A DNA stretch of 64,000 nt from a bacterium (GTDB lineage: Bacteria; SAR324; JACQKK01). The DNA lies in assembly GCA_965205845.1 (NCBI GenBank), contig CBDBIG010000003.1, positions 212,453 through 276,452 on the forward strand, read 5' to 3'. Below the pieces are notes generated by a model. That model had not been told where the DNA came from. It saw only the letters and a list, made by a program, of their open reading frames with translations, and did no database searches. Every line of letters begins with the position of its first letter. Positions within the stretch are counted from its first letter, which is position 1. Shown here one piece after another: positions 10,168-20,396 of the stretch. The translations under genes and the position numbers were made by a program.

Positions 10168-11445
10168 ATGCGTTTGGATGTTTTTGCAGCGTTGCGGTTT
10201 TTGCGGACACCCTCAAACCAAAAATCCCTTTCCGTCTTGTCTTGGTTTTCGATTGGGGGAGCGGCCTTAGGGGTCGCTTCGCTCATCTTAGCGGTTGCTA
10301 TACTCAATGGTTTTCGCCATGCTTGGCAGCAGGCCATTCAAGCAACTAGCCCTCATATTCGTGTTGAATCGCCCCATGGTGCTATCCCTGCCGCAGAAAT
10401 AAAAAAAATTCTGGGACAACTCCAAGATATCTCGGTGGTGCAAAGTGCAGCACCCTATGCACAACGCCAAACTTTCCTGCGCACACCCTATCGCTATCGT
10501 CCCATGACCTTGCATGGGGTCTACCCCCATTTAGAAGAAAAAACCACCCGGCTGACCCAGCATTTGCTAAGCAACCAAGGCCCTTGGGAAACGCCTAAAC
10601 CCCAGGGTTTTTCGAGGCATTTAAAAAGCTTAAGGCAGCTCGAACACAAAAAACGCGGGGTTTTTTTGGGGCAAAGTGCCGCCGCCGCTTTGGGGGTATT
10701 TCCTGGGGATAGCGTCGAGGCTATCTCAACCCATCAACGCTTAACCCCACTGGGCCCCTTACCCTTGGTGGCACGTCTTGAGGTGCTGGGGGTGTTTTCC
10801 ACGGGTTTGGACTATGTCGATGACTGGCTCGCCATTACCCATCACGAGACCGTGAGCAATTTGCATCGTATGGGAAATACCAGCGATGGGGTGGGTTTGC
10901 GCTTAAAAAGCGATGGAAGGGTTGCAAAATCAACCCTCGCGTTGCTCCAAAAAACGTTGCCCCATGTTGTGTTGCACCCTTGGAGTGAGGAACACGGTGC
11001 ACTGTTTAAAGTGATGCGCTTGGAAAAGGTGGGTATTTCTGCCTTGTTGGGGTTGGTTGGTTTGGTAGGCCTGTTTAATATCATGGCTGTGCTGCTCATT
11101 CAAGCCCGTACCAAACAGCGTGCCATGGCCGCGTGGATGGCCATTGGAGCCAGCCCAGCCTTGGTTAAGCGCACGTTTTTACTGCAAGGTGCCTGCCTTG
11201 GTTTTGTGGGGAGTACCACAGGCATGTTCCTTGGCTTGCTGGGGTGTTGGGCTTTTGCAACCTTTAACATCATCCCCATTCCGCAAGCGGTTTTTCCTCA
11301 CTTGAACCGCCTGCCTATCATGATGGACTGGCGGGATTTGGCATGGATTTTAGGTGGTGCTTGGGGGGTTTCGTTAGTGGCAACACCCTTGCCGATGCGC
11401 ATTGCCATGCGAACACCCCTTGTGGAGCTCCTCCGCAATGAGTAA
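10168..11445 (+). CDS. LolC/LolE-family lipoprotein-releasing ABC transporter permease (FtsX-like)
   Basis: The N-terminus MRLDVFAALRFLRTPSNQKSLSVLSWFSIGGAALGVASLILAVAILNGF resembles LolC/E. A large periplasmic loop is followed by the C-terminal FtsX 3-TM region. Confidence 0.75.
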   Translation: MRLDVFAALRFLRTPSNQKSLSVLSWFSIGGAALGVASLILAVAILNGFRHAWQQAIQATSPHIRVESPHGAIPAAEIKKILGQLQDISVVQSAAPYAQRQTFLRTPYRYRPMTLHGVYPHLEEKTTRLTQHLLSNQGPWETPKPQGFSRHLKSLRQLEHKKRGVFLGQSAAAALGVFPGDSVEAISTHQRLTPLGPLPLVARLEVLGVFSTGLDYVDDWLAITHHETVSNLHRMGNTSDGVGLRLKSDGRVAKSTLALLQKTLPHVVLHPWSEEHGALFKVMRLEKVGISALLGLVGLVGLFNIMAVLLIQARTKQRAMAAWMAIGASPALVKRTFLLQGACLGFVGSTTGMFLGLLGCWAFATFNIIPIPQAVFPHLNRLPIMMDWRDLAWILGGAWGVSLVATPLPMRIAMRTPLVELLRNE

Positions 11446-11514
11446 GGTTTTTACCTTGACTGGGGAAGGCACTGGATGTTCGAGCATGTTTAAAGGCTTT
11501 TTTTAGAAATTCTT

Positions 11515-12258
11515 TTAAAGTTCAAGCACCACGGGGCAATGGTCCGACCCCAGCACCTGAGGCTGGAGGTAACAGTTTTTTATCTCCGCTTTGAATTGGC
11601 TCGAAACCCCAAAATAATCAATGCGCCAACCAATGTTGCGCTCACGCACCCCCGCACGCTGACTCCACCACGTATAATGCCCGCCCTCACTCACAAACAT
11701 CCGAAAAGCATCCCTATAACCCGCCTCGATAAAGGCATCAAAACCCGCCCGTTCTTGGCTGGTAAACCCTGGGTTTTTAGTGTTGGTCTTGGGGTTTGCC
11801 AAATCAATCTCTCGGTGGGCCACGTTCAAGTCTCCGCAAAAAATAACGGGCTTTTCTTTCTCAAGGTTTTGCAGGTGCTTCAAAAACGCTTTATCCCAAC
11901 GGATGCGATAAGGCAATCGCGAAAGCCCATGTTTAGCATTGGGAGTGTACACATTTACCAGCCAAAAAGGGCCAAAATCGAGGGACATCACCCGCCCTTC
12001 CCCCTCATCCAAATCCAGCCCCAAACGCATTTGCAAGGGGGTATGTCGTGTCAATACAGCCGTTCCCGAATACCCAGGTCGTTGTGCTGAATTCCACAAC
12101 AGCGCATAGTGAGGCAACTCGAGCGGTGCCACTTGTTCGGGCTTGGCCTTAATTTCTTGCAAGCATAAAACGTCGGGTTCCGCTTGGCGCACATAGTCCA
12201 ACAAACCTTTGCGAATGGCTGCGCGAATTCCATTGACATTCCATGTAATCAGTTTCAT
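11515..12258 (-). CDS. xth: exodeoxyribonuclease III
   Basis: MKLITWNVNGIRA..., LCLQEIK and a C-terminal SDHCPV motif identify an EEP-fold AP endonuclease. Confidence 0.9.
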   Translation of the reverse strand: MKLITWNVNGIRAAIRKGLLDYVRQAEPDVLCLQEIKAKPEQVAPLELPHYALLWNSAQRPGYSGTAVLTRHTPLQMRLGLDLDEGEGRVMSLDFGPFWLVNVYTPNAKHGLSRLPYRIRWDKAFLKHLQNLEKEKPVIFCGDLNVAHREIDLANPKTNTKNPGFTSQERAGFDAFIEAGYRDAFRMFVSEGGHYTWWSQRAGVRERNIGWRIDYFGVSSQFKAEIKNCYLQPQVLGSDHCPVVLEL

Positions 12259-12483
12259 GGCACCCTTTGGTATGGTTCATTTCATGCTTGTCAGAAATAG
12301 ATCTATGAGATCCACCCACGCAAACCTTGTGGCTAAAAGGCGTGCGGCTCCAGGTGTTTTTTGCTAGCCATTGCAAACACCTAACCCAAGCTCGGGTAAA
12401 ACCGCTGCTTAGAGGAAGCATGCCATTTTTTGCCTGCACAACAAACATGCTTATAAGTCGATATTAAAGGATTGTATTCATCG

Positions 12484-12845
12484 CCCAGCCCTTTTTATCA
12501 CTGGGTGCCCCTTGCAAAGCACTGGGGGACCCTTTTTATCACTGGGTGCCCCTTGCAAAGCACTGGGGGACCCTTTTTATCACTGGGTGCCCCTTGCAAA
12601 GCACTGGGTGACCCTTTTTATCACTGGGTGCCCCTTGCAAAGCACTGGGGGACCCTTTTTATCACTGGGTGACCCTTTTTATCACTGGGTGACCCTTTTT
12701 ATCACTGGGTGACCCTTTTTATCACTGGGTGACCCTTTTTATCACTGGGTGACCCTTTTTATCACTGGGTGACCCTTTTTATCACTGGGTGACCCTTTTT
12801 ATCACTGGGTGACCCTTTTTATCACTGGGTGACCCTTGCAAAGCA
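12484..12845. repeat. complex tandem array: 41-bp unit x4 followed by a derived 20-bp unit x~9
   Basis: The 41-bp unit is cactgggtgccccttgcaaagcactggggga-ccctttttat. It is followed by runs of cactgggtgaccctttttat, which is an internal-deletion derivative. The array lies immediately upstream of and overlaps the alr start region. Confidence 0.9.
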
Positions 12846-12867
12846 CTCCCAAAAAAATCGACCCCCC

Positions 12868-14136
12868 ATGCAACACCAAGCCACCAAGCAACGTCCAACC
12901 GTTGCAGAAATTCATTTAGACCGTTTAGAAGCAAATTGGCAATGTTTGCGCCAGGTGCACGGGAAAGGTCGCTTGATGGCCGTGGTGAAGGCCAACGCCT
13001 ACGGCCATGGGTTAGCAACCACAGCCCTATTTTTGCAAGGCTTAGGGCAGCACTATTTTGGAGTTGCTTTGCTTGATGAAGCCTTAACCCTGCGCCAAGC
13101 AGGCATTACGGGGCGTATTTTGGTGCTTGGACCGCCAGAACCCATGCGTTGGCATGACTATCAAACCCACAATATTGAGGCAACCATCCCTTCTCTAGCA
13201 CACCTGCAGCAAGCAGCCGCCCATTTAAACCCGCTGCGCAACAAGCCTGAAGCCACGCACACACCGAGCCAAATGGGCAGTGCATCCGCTTTGCGCATTC
13301 ATTTAAAGGTGGATACGGGGATGCACCGCGTTGGCTGGACGACCCCCCCAGATACACCACTGGTGACGTTACTCAAAGAAACCCCCAATTTGGTTGTGCA
13401 AGGTGTGTACTCGCACCTCGCTTGCGCAGACAACGTGAGGGCAACCCAAAACCAAGCCCAATACACGGCTTTCTTAAACTGGGTCGAGGCTTTTTTGCAC
13501 ATCAGCCAAGGGTTTTTTTCCCCCGAACTGCATTTTGCCAACAGCGCAGGCCTATTACAAAACCCTCGGTTTCATTTTGACTACGCCAGGGTGGGGTACG
13601 CATTGTGGGGGCCGTTGGCGTTTGCAACCTCTCAAAACCAGCCTCAAGCAAATGGGCAACTACGCAACGTGCTCGCTTGGCGTACACGAATCTCGCATCT
13701 AAAATGCCTCCCCCACCCAGGCAGGGTAGGTTATGGGGCCTTGCAAGAGGTAGATGCGGGTACATGGGTGGCCACACTGCCTGTGGGCTATGCAGATGGA
13801 TACCCGCGCAATATGTACCCCAAAGCCAAGGTCCTTATTCACGGAATACGTTGGCCTTTGGTGGGCATGGTCAGCATGGATCAAACCTGTGTGGTTCTGC
13901 CCGCACCCACACAATCTTCCACCACGGCCCATGCGCCTCAACATATTGCCTTGGGCGATGAGGTTGTTTTGCTTGGGGGACAAGGTGGGCAAACCATTTC
14001 ACCTCATGAAGCAGCACAGTGGTGCCATGAAATTGGCTATACCCTGCTATGTGGCATTCGAAGTCGTGTGCCTCGCGCATACCTTTACAACGGCAAACCT
14101 TGGATGCCGCCGCCATCACAGCCCCTCTCAGGGTAA
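12868..14136 (+). CDS. alr: alanine racemase
   Basis: PLP-binding motif AVVKANAYGHG. The C-terminal region has the pattern ...VSMDQ... and YGxxQ. An alternative upstream start lies at 12829. Confidence 0.85.
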   Translation: MQHQATKQRPTVAEIHLDRLEANWQCLRQVHGKGRLMAVVKANAYGHGLATTALFLQGLGQHYFGVALLDEALTLRQAGITGRILVLGPPEPMRWHDYQTHNIEATIPSLAHLQQAAAHLNPLRNKPEATHTPSQMGSASALRIHLKVDTGMHRVGWTTPPDTPLVTLLKETPNLVVQGVYSHLACADNVRATQNQAQYTAFLNWVEAFLHISQGFFSPELHFANSAGLLQNPRFHFDYARVGYALWGPLAFATSQNQPQANGQLRNVLAWRTRISHLKCLPHPGRVGYGALQEVDAGTWVATLPVGYADGYPRNMYPKAKVLIHGIRWPLVGMVSMDQTCVVLPAPTQSSTTAHAPQHIALGDEVVLLGGQGGQTISPHEAAQWCHEIGYTLLCGIRSRVPRAYLYNGKPWMPPPSQPLSG

Positions 14137-14690
14137 ACGTGCACATGCTTTGCGCCTTTCGTTTCCATGCTTTGCCACCGTTCGTTTCGCCGTTTATTTT
14201 TAAATGAAATATTTTTTGTTTTTTGCGTATTGACGCTGCCCTCAACCGCTTACCTCCCTTTTAAGAGCCGTGCAGGCTTGCTTAAAGGCTTTTTAGGGCT
14301 TGGAAGCTTGGGTGACGGGGCTTTTCTTGAGTAGCCAAACTGCATGGTTAAGTTATTGTAAAGACATTTTGTGCAGACAGTAAAAGCGTTGAGCACGCTA
14401 AATGTCGGTCATGGTTTGGGGGTCTTGTTTTCGCAAGTTTTCAAATACCTCTCGAGCGCGTAGCCCCCATTCCAAGCCCTGCAAAAAACAGCCTTGTGGT
14501 GTTTAAGCACGCGAAATGGGTTCACCAACTTGCCATCGATACCACCTTTGTACCTCGGAAATAGTGCGTGTGCGTTGTCGCGCAAAAAGCACCTGGGCTG
14601 CCCCCATAAAGGGCTCGCAATAGCATGTGTGTGGCACGGCATCAATAATACCCGCCAACCTTTTTTAAAAAAGCCTATGCGCTTAGCACT
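14137..14690 (-). pseudogene. dam-methylase-derived repeat element, copy d (inverted; 5'-truncated and frameshifted dam remnant plus conserved 3' flank)
   Basis: The reverse complement reads ...GIIDAVPHTCYCEPFMG.., ..DGKLVNPFRVLKHHK.. The same strand is about 90% identical to 43.9-44.4 kb and homologous to the dam gene at 32483-33250. The element ends against the alr stop codon. Confidence 0.7.
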
Positions 14691-15103
14691 GCTTTATCTC
14701 CGCCTTACCCGCCCCAACGCCCGCGCCGTTAATCTGTGCCTTGCGCCTCAATGGGGTGCTCCCGCGAAGGTCGGGAAAGGTGAAGATACCCTCTTTGAAC
14801 ATCACGGGTTGCCCTGTGCTTTGAATGTGGTGGCAAAGCATGGGAACGGTTACAGTCAAAATGGTGGGCATGAAAAGGGTAGCACTGTGCTTGGTCATAG
14901 GAGGGATTTTAAAAAAATTGGCCTAGCGTGTGCACTACACCATGCACATCAAAAATAACAAAACCTTTGATCCGGAATACTCAATTTACGACACGCTAGC
15001 GGTTTTTAAAGATAAGGATACAATTTTGGCTAAAAGACAAACCCAAGGCAGCAGGAATGGGAGTGTGGGGCAGACCATAAAACGAATCGCGCAATGGGGT
15101 AAA

Positions 15104-16138
15104 ATGCGGATGCCGTTCCCACAAACCCCAGACAAACTTGCCACAACCTGCTCTCGGGTGGGGTTGTTGTTGTTGTGCGCTGCAGTACTTGATGCTTGTT
15201 TAGGCGTGCAAGGACCTCCGCGTTTTGGCGCCAAAGGCCCTTTTGGTGTACCTCAAAACCATCTTATGGGGGGTTTTCAAGGTGATCGTTCGAATGAGGC
15301 CACGAGCAACGCAAATCCTTGGGGAAAACAAAGCCAAATCGCGCCATCCCTAAAAGATACCAACCCCAACTTGTGGCGTTCTAACCACCTGTGGATACGC
15401 CACTTTAGGCGGCATTATGGGACAAATAATACGGTGGCCCATGCTTTGCGAGCAGGAAAACCTTATTTGCCCACCATCCGCAAAATATTTCGCTCCCAAG
15501 GTTTACCCGAAGAACTTGCTTATTTGCCCATGCTTGAGTCCCTTTACGACGTAAACGCCAATTCGGGCAGTGCCGTGGGCATGTGGCAATTTACCCTACA
15601 GACGGCACGGCACGTGGGTCTAAAAGTGGGCTATGGCGTGGACGAACGCCGCGATTGGCGCAAAGCCACTGCAGCCGCCGCATACTACCTTAACCAGCTC
15701 GGAGCACGTTTTCATTATGACTGGGCACTGGCACTGGCCGCCTACAATTGTGGGCCTGGGTGCATTGAAAAAGCCATCAAAAAGCAAGGCAAACGCCGTT
15801 TTTTTCAGCTGCGTTTGCGCAAAGAAACCAGCGAGTATGTACCGCGCTTTGTGGCCATGTTGCAAGTGGCAAAAAGCAAACATCCCACTTTGCTGCTGGC
15901 AAAAGTTAGCCATTGTTGCCAGGGTGCTTGCCCCAAACAGGTATACAGGCAATGCCTTCTATCATGCAGGCAAACATACTTGTTAAAGGCTTTTGGCAAA
16001 ACCACCAGTCGCATCCCATGTGAACGAAAATCGCAAAGGATCGCAAAGGATCGCAAAAGGGATGCGAATGTTTACAGCCAGCCCCGCTTGCACAAAAACA
16101 AAAGGTTCGGCTCACTCCAATGGGTGTTGTTGGCATAA
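15104..16138 (+). CDS. lytic transglycosylase-domain protein (MltD/Slt-like); start uncertain (ORF opens at 14930), 3' end probably a run-on
   Basis: SLT catalytic region YLPMLESLYDVNANSGSAVGMWQF..AAYNCGPG. A signal-peptide-like MRMPFPQ..LLLLCAAVLDAC is present. Confidence 0.65.
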   Translation: MRMPFPQTPDKLATTCSRVGLLLLCAAVLDACLGVQGPPRFGAKGPFGVPQNHLMGGFQGDRSNEATSNANPWGKQSQIAPSLKDTNPNLWRSNHLWIRHFRRHYGTNNTVAHALRAGKPYLPTIRKIFRSQGLPEELAYLPMLESLYDVNANSGSAVGMWQFTLQTARHVGLKVGYGVDERRDWRKATAAAAYYLNQLGARFHYDWALALAAYNCGPGCIEKAIKKQGKRRFFQLRLRKETSEYVPRFVAMLQVAKSKHPTLLLAKVSHCCQGACPKQVYRQCLLSCRQTYLLKAFGKTTSRIPCERKSQRIAKDRKRDANVYSQPRLHKNKRFGSLQWVLLA

Positions 16139-16912
16139 AGCCAACTCTTCTTGCCCATTGGTCACATGCACACAACGCACCGCCAAAGAGACGCGCGTGG
16201 CAGGGCTTAAATGCTTCCACAAGTGCCCTGCCACGCCTTGCGCTTGATGGCTTTTGATGGGCAGCAGCAGCGGTTCCCCGCTAAAAGAAGGCAAGGGGTT
16301 TCCGTCCCTTGCATAGGTGCTAATGTACCATGCTGCCCCCAAAGGCAGATGTTCGTAGCCATGCAACGCATGCTGGCGTGCAGGAGCAAAGGCTGCCTTC
16401 CAAGGCACACTGGCTTTTACCAGGGCCAGCCAGCCACTTTGCTGGCTTAAGTGAATGCCCCCTGCAATCCGCGGGGTGTAATGGGGAGCATCGGGTTCGT
16501 AGCACAAGCCCTGCAGGGCTGCAAGCGGTATGTTGGTACTTGTATCAAGCGCACGGGCCAAAGTGGTGGTGTGGGTCCCATTGGTGGCCAACAGCCAGCC
16601 CGCAACCCGTTGCATGGCGGGGTATATAATCAAGGAGGGGTCCTCTACCTTACCCATATCCACGGGTTCAGTGCGCAACACACCGTTTTTGAACACAAAG
16701 CGGCGGTTTTGGCTGTTGCTGCTGCGTCCCATAATCCAATACGCTTGCACTGCCCATTGACCACAAGGTGAAAGCCCAATGGCAATCCCTCGCCCAGGGT
16801 AAGGGTTTTGCGCAAGGGCCTGCAAATTACGTTGGGCGGGCAAACAATGCTGAACTCCTTCGCTGGGGGTCGGCATCTGGGGTCTTCCTTGTTTAAAAAT
16901 GGCAAAATGCAA
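16112..16912 (-). CDS. IMP cyclohydrolase-like protein (archaeal PurO family)
   Basis: YPGRGIAIGLSPCGQWAVQAYWIMGRSSNSQNRRFV...DPSLIIYPAMQRV...ATNGTHTT parallels PurO (YLGRILAVGRNSNG...GYRVSSRSFPNR...NGSHTD). Confidence 0.55.
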   Translation of the reverse strand: MHFAIFKQGRPQMPTPSEGVQHCLPAQRNLQALAQNPYPGRGIAIGLSPCGQWAVQAYWIMGRSSNSQNRRFVFKNGVLRTEPVDMGKVEDPSLIIYPAMQRVAGWLLATNGTHTTTLARALDTSTNIPLAALQGLCYEPDAPHYTPRIAGGIHLSQQSGWLALVKASVPWKAAFAPARQHALHGYEHLPLGAAWYISTYARDGNPLPSFSGEPLLLPIKSHQAQGVAGHLWKHLSPATRVSLAVRCVHVTNGQEELALCQQHPLE

Positions 16913-17068
16913 CGGGGATCAAATACAACGGGAAACACAGAGACCGCGGCAAAGTGCAATCCACAGCACACACTCAATCAGGTGGTGATGGCGTGTTGCA
17001 AAGCCAGGCCTGGTGATTTATGCCCTTGGCCTAAAAGGGGTTCGGCTCCGTGATGTGCCTGCCATGGT

Positions 17069-18742
17069 TTAAGCGATGCTATCTCCCTCAAACAGTGGTT
17101 CAGCCATGTCATCATCCAAAGGCAGACCAAGCAACACTAAATCGGTGGCAGCCAAGTTAGCCAGTGTGTTGGGGTTTTGTTGTTGCAGTGGGCGCAAACG
17201 AACCCCCTTTAGGCGTCCCAGGGGGTCGACCACATACAAGGGGACGGGGTTCACGGAATGTTTGGTGCTGGGTTCGCGACGTTGGGTTTTAGAGTTGTGG
17301 ACCACCATTTCCTCGGCATTGCCGTGATCTGCAGTGATGAGCATCACCCCACCCACCTGTTGCAATACGGGCAAAATGTGCGCCAAGGCTTTGTCCACAG
17401 CTTGCACTGCCTGAATAACGGCTTGTAAATTGCCCGTGTGCCCCACCATGTCAGCATTGGCAAAATTAATAAGACCAAAGCGTGCGTCACTCTGCACGAG
17501 GAGCTGCGTGGTTTTTTGGGCAATTTGGAGGGCTTGCATTTTTGGGGCTTGGGCATAGGAATCTATTTTGTCAGAGGGAATAAGGTGGTGCACCTCTTTT
17601 TGCGCATCCAAGGGAGTGCGCTGACCTCCGTTAAAAAAGAAGGTTACGTGGGCGTATTTTTGGGTTTCTGCCAGCCGAAACTGCCCCAAACCATGCTCCA
17701 AAATGCGCTCACCCAGGGGGCGTTTTACGCGGATGGCAGGGGTAAGTACGTGCTTGGGCAAGTTGGTATCTTCATCATAGGTGGTCATACCAACGTAAAA
17801 CATTTTAGGCAAAGGACCCCGTTCAAACTGCGTAAAATGGGTCTGGGTCATGGCTTGGCTGAGTTCAATGACGCGATCGCTCCTAAAATTCATGCACACC
17901 ACCACCGCACCGTCTTCAATAGCCCCCACAGGATGGCCATTGGCATGTTGCACCACAAAGGGAGGCATGTCTTGGTCGCTGGCCTGAGGCATTTGCTGGC
18001 GAAACGCTTTAAGGGCCTTGCTGGCACTTGAAAAACGCCGCCATCCCTTGCCTTGTACGTGGGTTTGCCAGCCCAACGCTATTTTATTCCAATTTTGGTC
18101 GCGGTCCATGGTGATGGTTTCGCGTCCGCCGCCGCTGGCAATGGCATAGAGCCAGCCGGGGTGTTGCTGGCAAATACCTTGTAGATGGGCTTCGAGGGGG
18201 TGAATGTAGTCCTCTGCCGACTGATACCCCACGTCGCGACCATCGAGCAAAGCATGGACGTACAACCGTTGGACTTCCCTTTGCACGGCCTCGTGAATCA
18301 CCGCATAAAAATGCTGTATATGGCTATGTACGTTGCCATCGGACACCAAGCCAATCAGGTGCAAGGGTGCGCCCTCCTGGCAGCGCGCAAACATTTGTTG
18401 GGCCACTTGGCTTTGAAAAAACAAACCCTTTTGGAGCAGTGTGTGAATCCGGGTGGAACCTTGCTGTAAAATGCGCCCCGCACCCATGGTCATGTGCCCT
18501 ACCTCTGAGCCACCTATATCTTTTGCGGCAGGCAAACCCACATGGTGCCCGTGGGTGTATAAAGTGGTATGGGGGTGTTGGCGGGTAAAGGCATCGAGGG
18601 TGGGCGTGTGAGCTTTTGCAATGGCGTCGCCTTCGTCACCGCTACCTATTCCCCAACCGTCGAGCACAATGTGCAGCAGGGGACCTGCTTGGCTAAATTT
18701 TTGGGCTAGGCGCTGATGGGCACTGGCTGTTTGGAGGCGCAT
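17069..18742 (-). CDS. gpmI: 2,3-bisphosphoglycerate-independent phosphoglycerate mutase
   Basis: 557 aa. iPGM motifs are present: LLHIVLDGWGI, ...HLIGLVSDGNVHSH.., ..ADHGNAEEM. Confidence 0.9.
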   Translation of the reverse strand: MRLQTASAHQRLAQKFSQAGPLLHIVLDGWGIGSGDEGDAIAKAHTPTLDAFTRQHPHTTLYTHGHHVGLPAAKDIGGSEVGHMTMGAGRILQQGSTRIHTLLQKGLFFQSQVAQQMFARCQEGAPLHLIGLVSDGNVHSHIQHFYAVIHEAVQREVQRLYVHALLDGRDVGYQSAEDYIHPLEAHLQGICQQHPGWLYAIASGGGRETITMDRDQNWNKIALGWQTHVQGKGWRRFSSASKALKAFRQQMPQASDQDMPPFVVQHANGHPVGAIEDGAVVVCMNFRSDRVIELSQAMTQTHFTQFERGPLPKMFYVGMTTYDEDTNLPKHVLTPAIRVKRPLGERILEHGLGQFRLAETQKYAHVTFFFNGGQRTPLDAQKEVHHLIPSDKIDSYAQAPKMQALQIAQKTTQLLVQSDARFGLINFANADMVGHTGNLQAVIQAVQAVDKALAHILPVLQQVGGVMLITADHGNAEEMVVHNSKTQRREPSTKHSVNPVPLYVVDPLGRLKGVRLRPLQQQNPNTLANLAATDLVLLGLPLDDDMAEPLFEGDSIA

Positions 18743-18923
18743 ATTATTGTATAATAACTGAAGAGGGTTTTGGTTGATGGTCTCGAAAGAAAGGCTAGGG
18801 GAGAGCCTGAACGGATGTGTGGGGTATGCCCACGCCTACGCCATATTTAAAGATCCAGGCACATTGCTCCCAAACATGGTTTTGCCATCCCACCGTGGTT
18901 AGGATATACCATACTGGTGTTCC

Positions 18924-19952
18924 GTGATACGCATAGGGATCGTTGTGCCACGAAAAAAGCCCCACAAACTATTGTTGGCTCACAAGCGCCAGGCCCCGCA
19001 AAAGACATTTAAGAATCATCCCCAAAAAGCACGCTCTATTCCAGCACTCAGCAACGCTTCCTTTGCCCTTATGACCACGCCAGCAACCACCTTACCAAAC
19101 ATTGAATTCCACCCTGTGCTTGCGCTGCGTCCCACAGAAAAAATTCGCTTTCATGAATACCCCGAGCAAGCGCGCACCCAACGTCTCACAAAGCGCTTGA
19201 CCAAAGATGGCCTCCTACGCCATCCCCCCATTGTGAGCGATATTGGCGGTGGCGATTTGCTGCTTCTCGACGGTGCCAACCGCGTAAGCGCCTTAAAAGC
19301 CTTGGGGTGTGAAGAAATACCCGTGCAACTGGTGAACTATGTCAGCCCTCGCATTATGCTTAAAGGCTGGCATCACTTGCTGCTTGAAGCAGAAGAATTG
19401 AACTTACGCCAGGCATTCGAGAACCTCCCAAATTGTCAGTTAAAAGCCATTAGGGCCGATCAGGTCGATGCCAAACTGGCTTTTCATCAAGCCCTGGCTG
19501 TGCTGGTCGAAGCCAATGGGAGCTGCTGGGCTCTGCAAGCGCAACCAGGCCTACCAAACCAAACCAACACCCTCATGCAACGGGTGAATACCATGCACCA
19601 AGTGGTAACCTGCTACGAAGGCAAAACCCACCTAGAACGCATCAAATTGGCCGACTACACCACCTTAACACAAGCCATGGAAGGCAGCACGACACGTAGT
19701 GTGGTGTTGTTTCCCACGCTACACAAAGAAGAATTGATGCAATTGGTACGCAACAATGCCATGATGCCGACGGGTCTCACGCGCCACCTTATTCCCGGGC
19801 GTGCACTGGGCTGCAACCTGCCGTTAACATTTTTGCTCCCTCCTTCCACCCAATCCAGCCGCCACGACTTCTTCAATGCATGGTGTAATACTTTAATAAG
19901 CAAAAGCCGCATGCGCTTTTATGAGGAATCGGTTTTTTTACTCGACGAATAA
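18924..19952 (+). CDS. ParB/sulfiredoxin-like nuclease-domain protein (start probably downstream, near 19069)
   Basis: PPIVSDIGGGDLLLLDGANRVSALKALGCEEIPVQLVNY is a ParB N-terminal-type motif (cf. DGHHRxxA). The remainder has no recognisable domain. Confidence 0.45.
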   Translation: MIRIGIVVPRKKPHKLLLAHKRQAPQKTFKNHPQKARSIPALSNASFALMTTPATTLPNIEFHPVLALRPTEKIRFHEYPEQARTQRLTKRLTKDGLLRHPPIVSDIGGGDLLLLDGANRVSALKALGCEEIPVQLVNYVSPRIMLKGWHHLLLEAEELNLRQAFENLPNCQLKAIRADQVDAKLAFHQALAVLVEANGSCWALQAQPGLPNQTNTLMQRVNTMHQVVTCYEGKTHLERIKLADYTTLTQAMEGSTTRSVVLFPTLHKEELMQLVRNNAMMPTGLTRHLIPGRALGCNLPLTFLLPPSTQSSRHDFFNAWCNTLISKSRMRFYEESVFLLDE

Positions 19953-20234
19953 CCTCCCTCTTATCGCCAAAATGTGATTGCAGGCAAAACCAGTGCCTCC
20001 CTTTTTACCAACGTGGTCGCTTAGGGCTAAGGGAGGTTTTAAAAAAGGGGATCAGAAACAACCCTACAAGCACAGCCAAAGCCCGATCAAAAAACCACGG
20101 CCACGGCATCGCTGCTGCACGGCGCTTTGCAGGCAGCATTCCCTTCAATGGACAGTGCCAACCACGGCGGGCGCTAAACAAACCCCCTTAAAAACACCGT
20201 TTCATACAGGTATACAGAACTCCTTATCAGCAAT

Positions 20235-20386
20235 TTAAACTTCCCTGCCAACCAAGCGGCCTAACAAAGGAAGTAAGCGATTGATGACAACATCAAAACG
20301 CAAAAAATATCCCGTTCAAGATTAACACCAAAGCAACCAGTCGCACGCCATGTGTCTCAAAGTCGCAAACCATGTGTCCCTTTACA
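20235..20386 (+). repeat. dam-derived repeat element, copy a (3'-terminal ~150 bp only)
   Basis: gtaagcgattgatgacaacatcaaaacgcaaaaaatatccc...ccatgtgtctcaaagtcgcaaaccatgtgtccctttaca matches the 3' flanks at 44248-44425 and 33316-33331. The copy ends 11 bp before the stop of the ExbB-like gene. Confidence 0.65.
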
Positions 20387-20396
20387 CCGCGACCCT

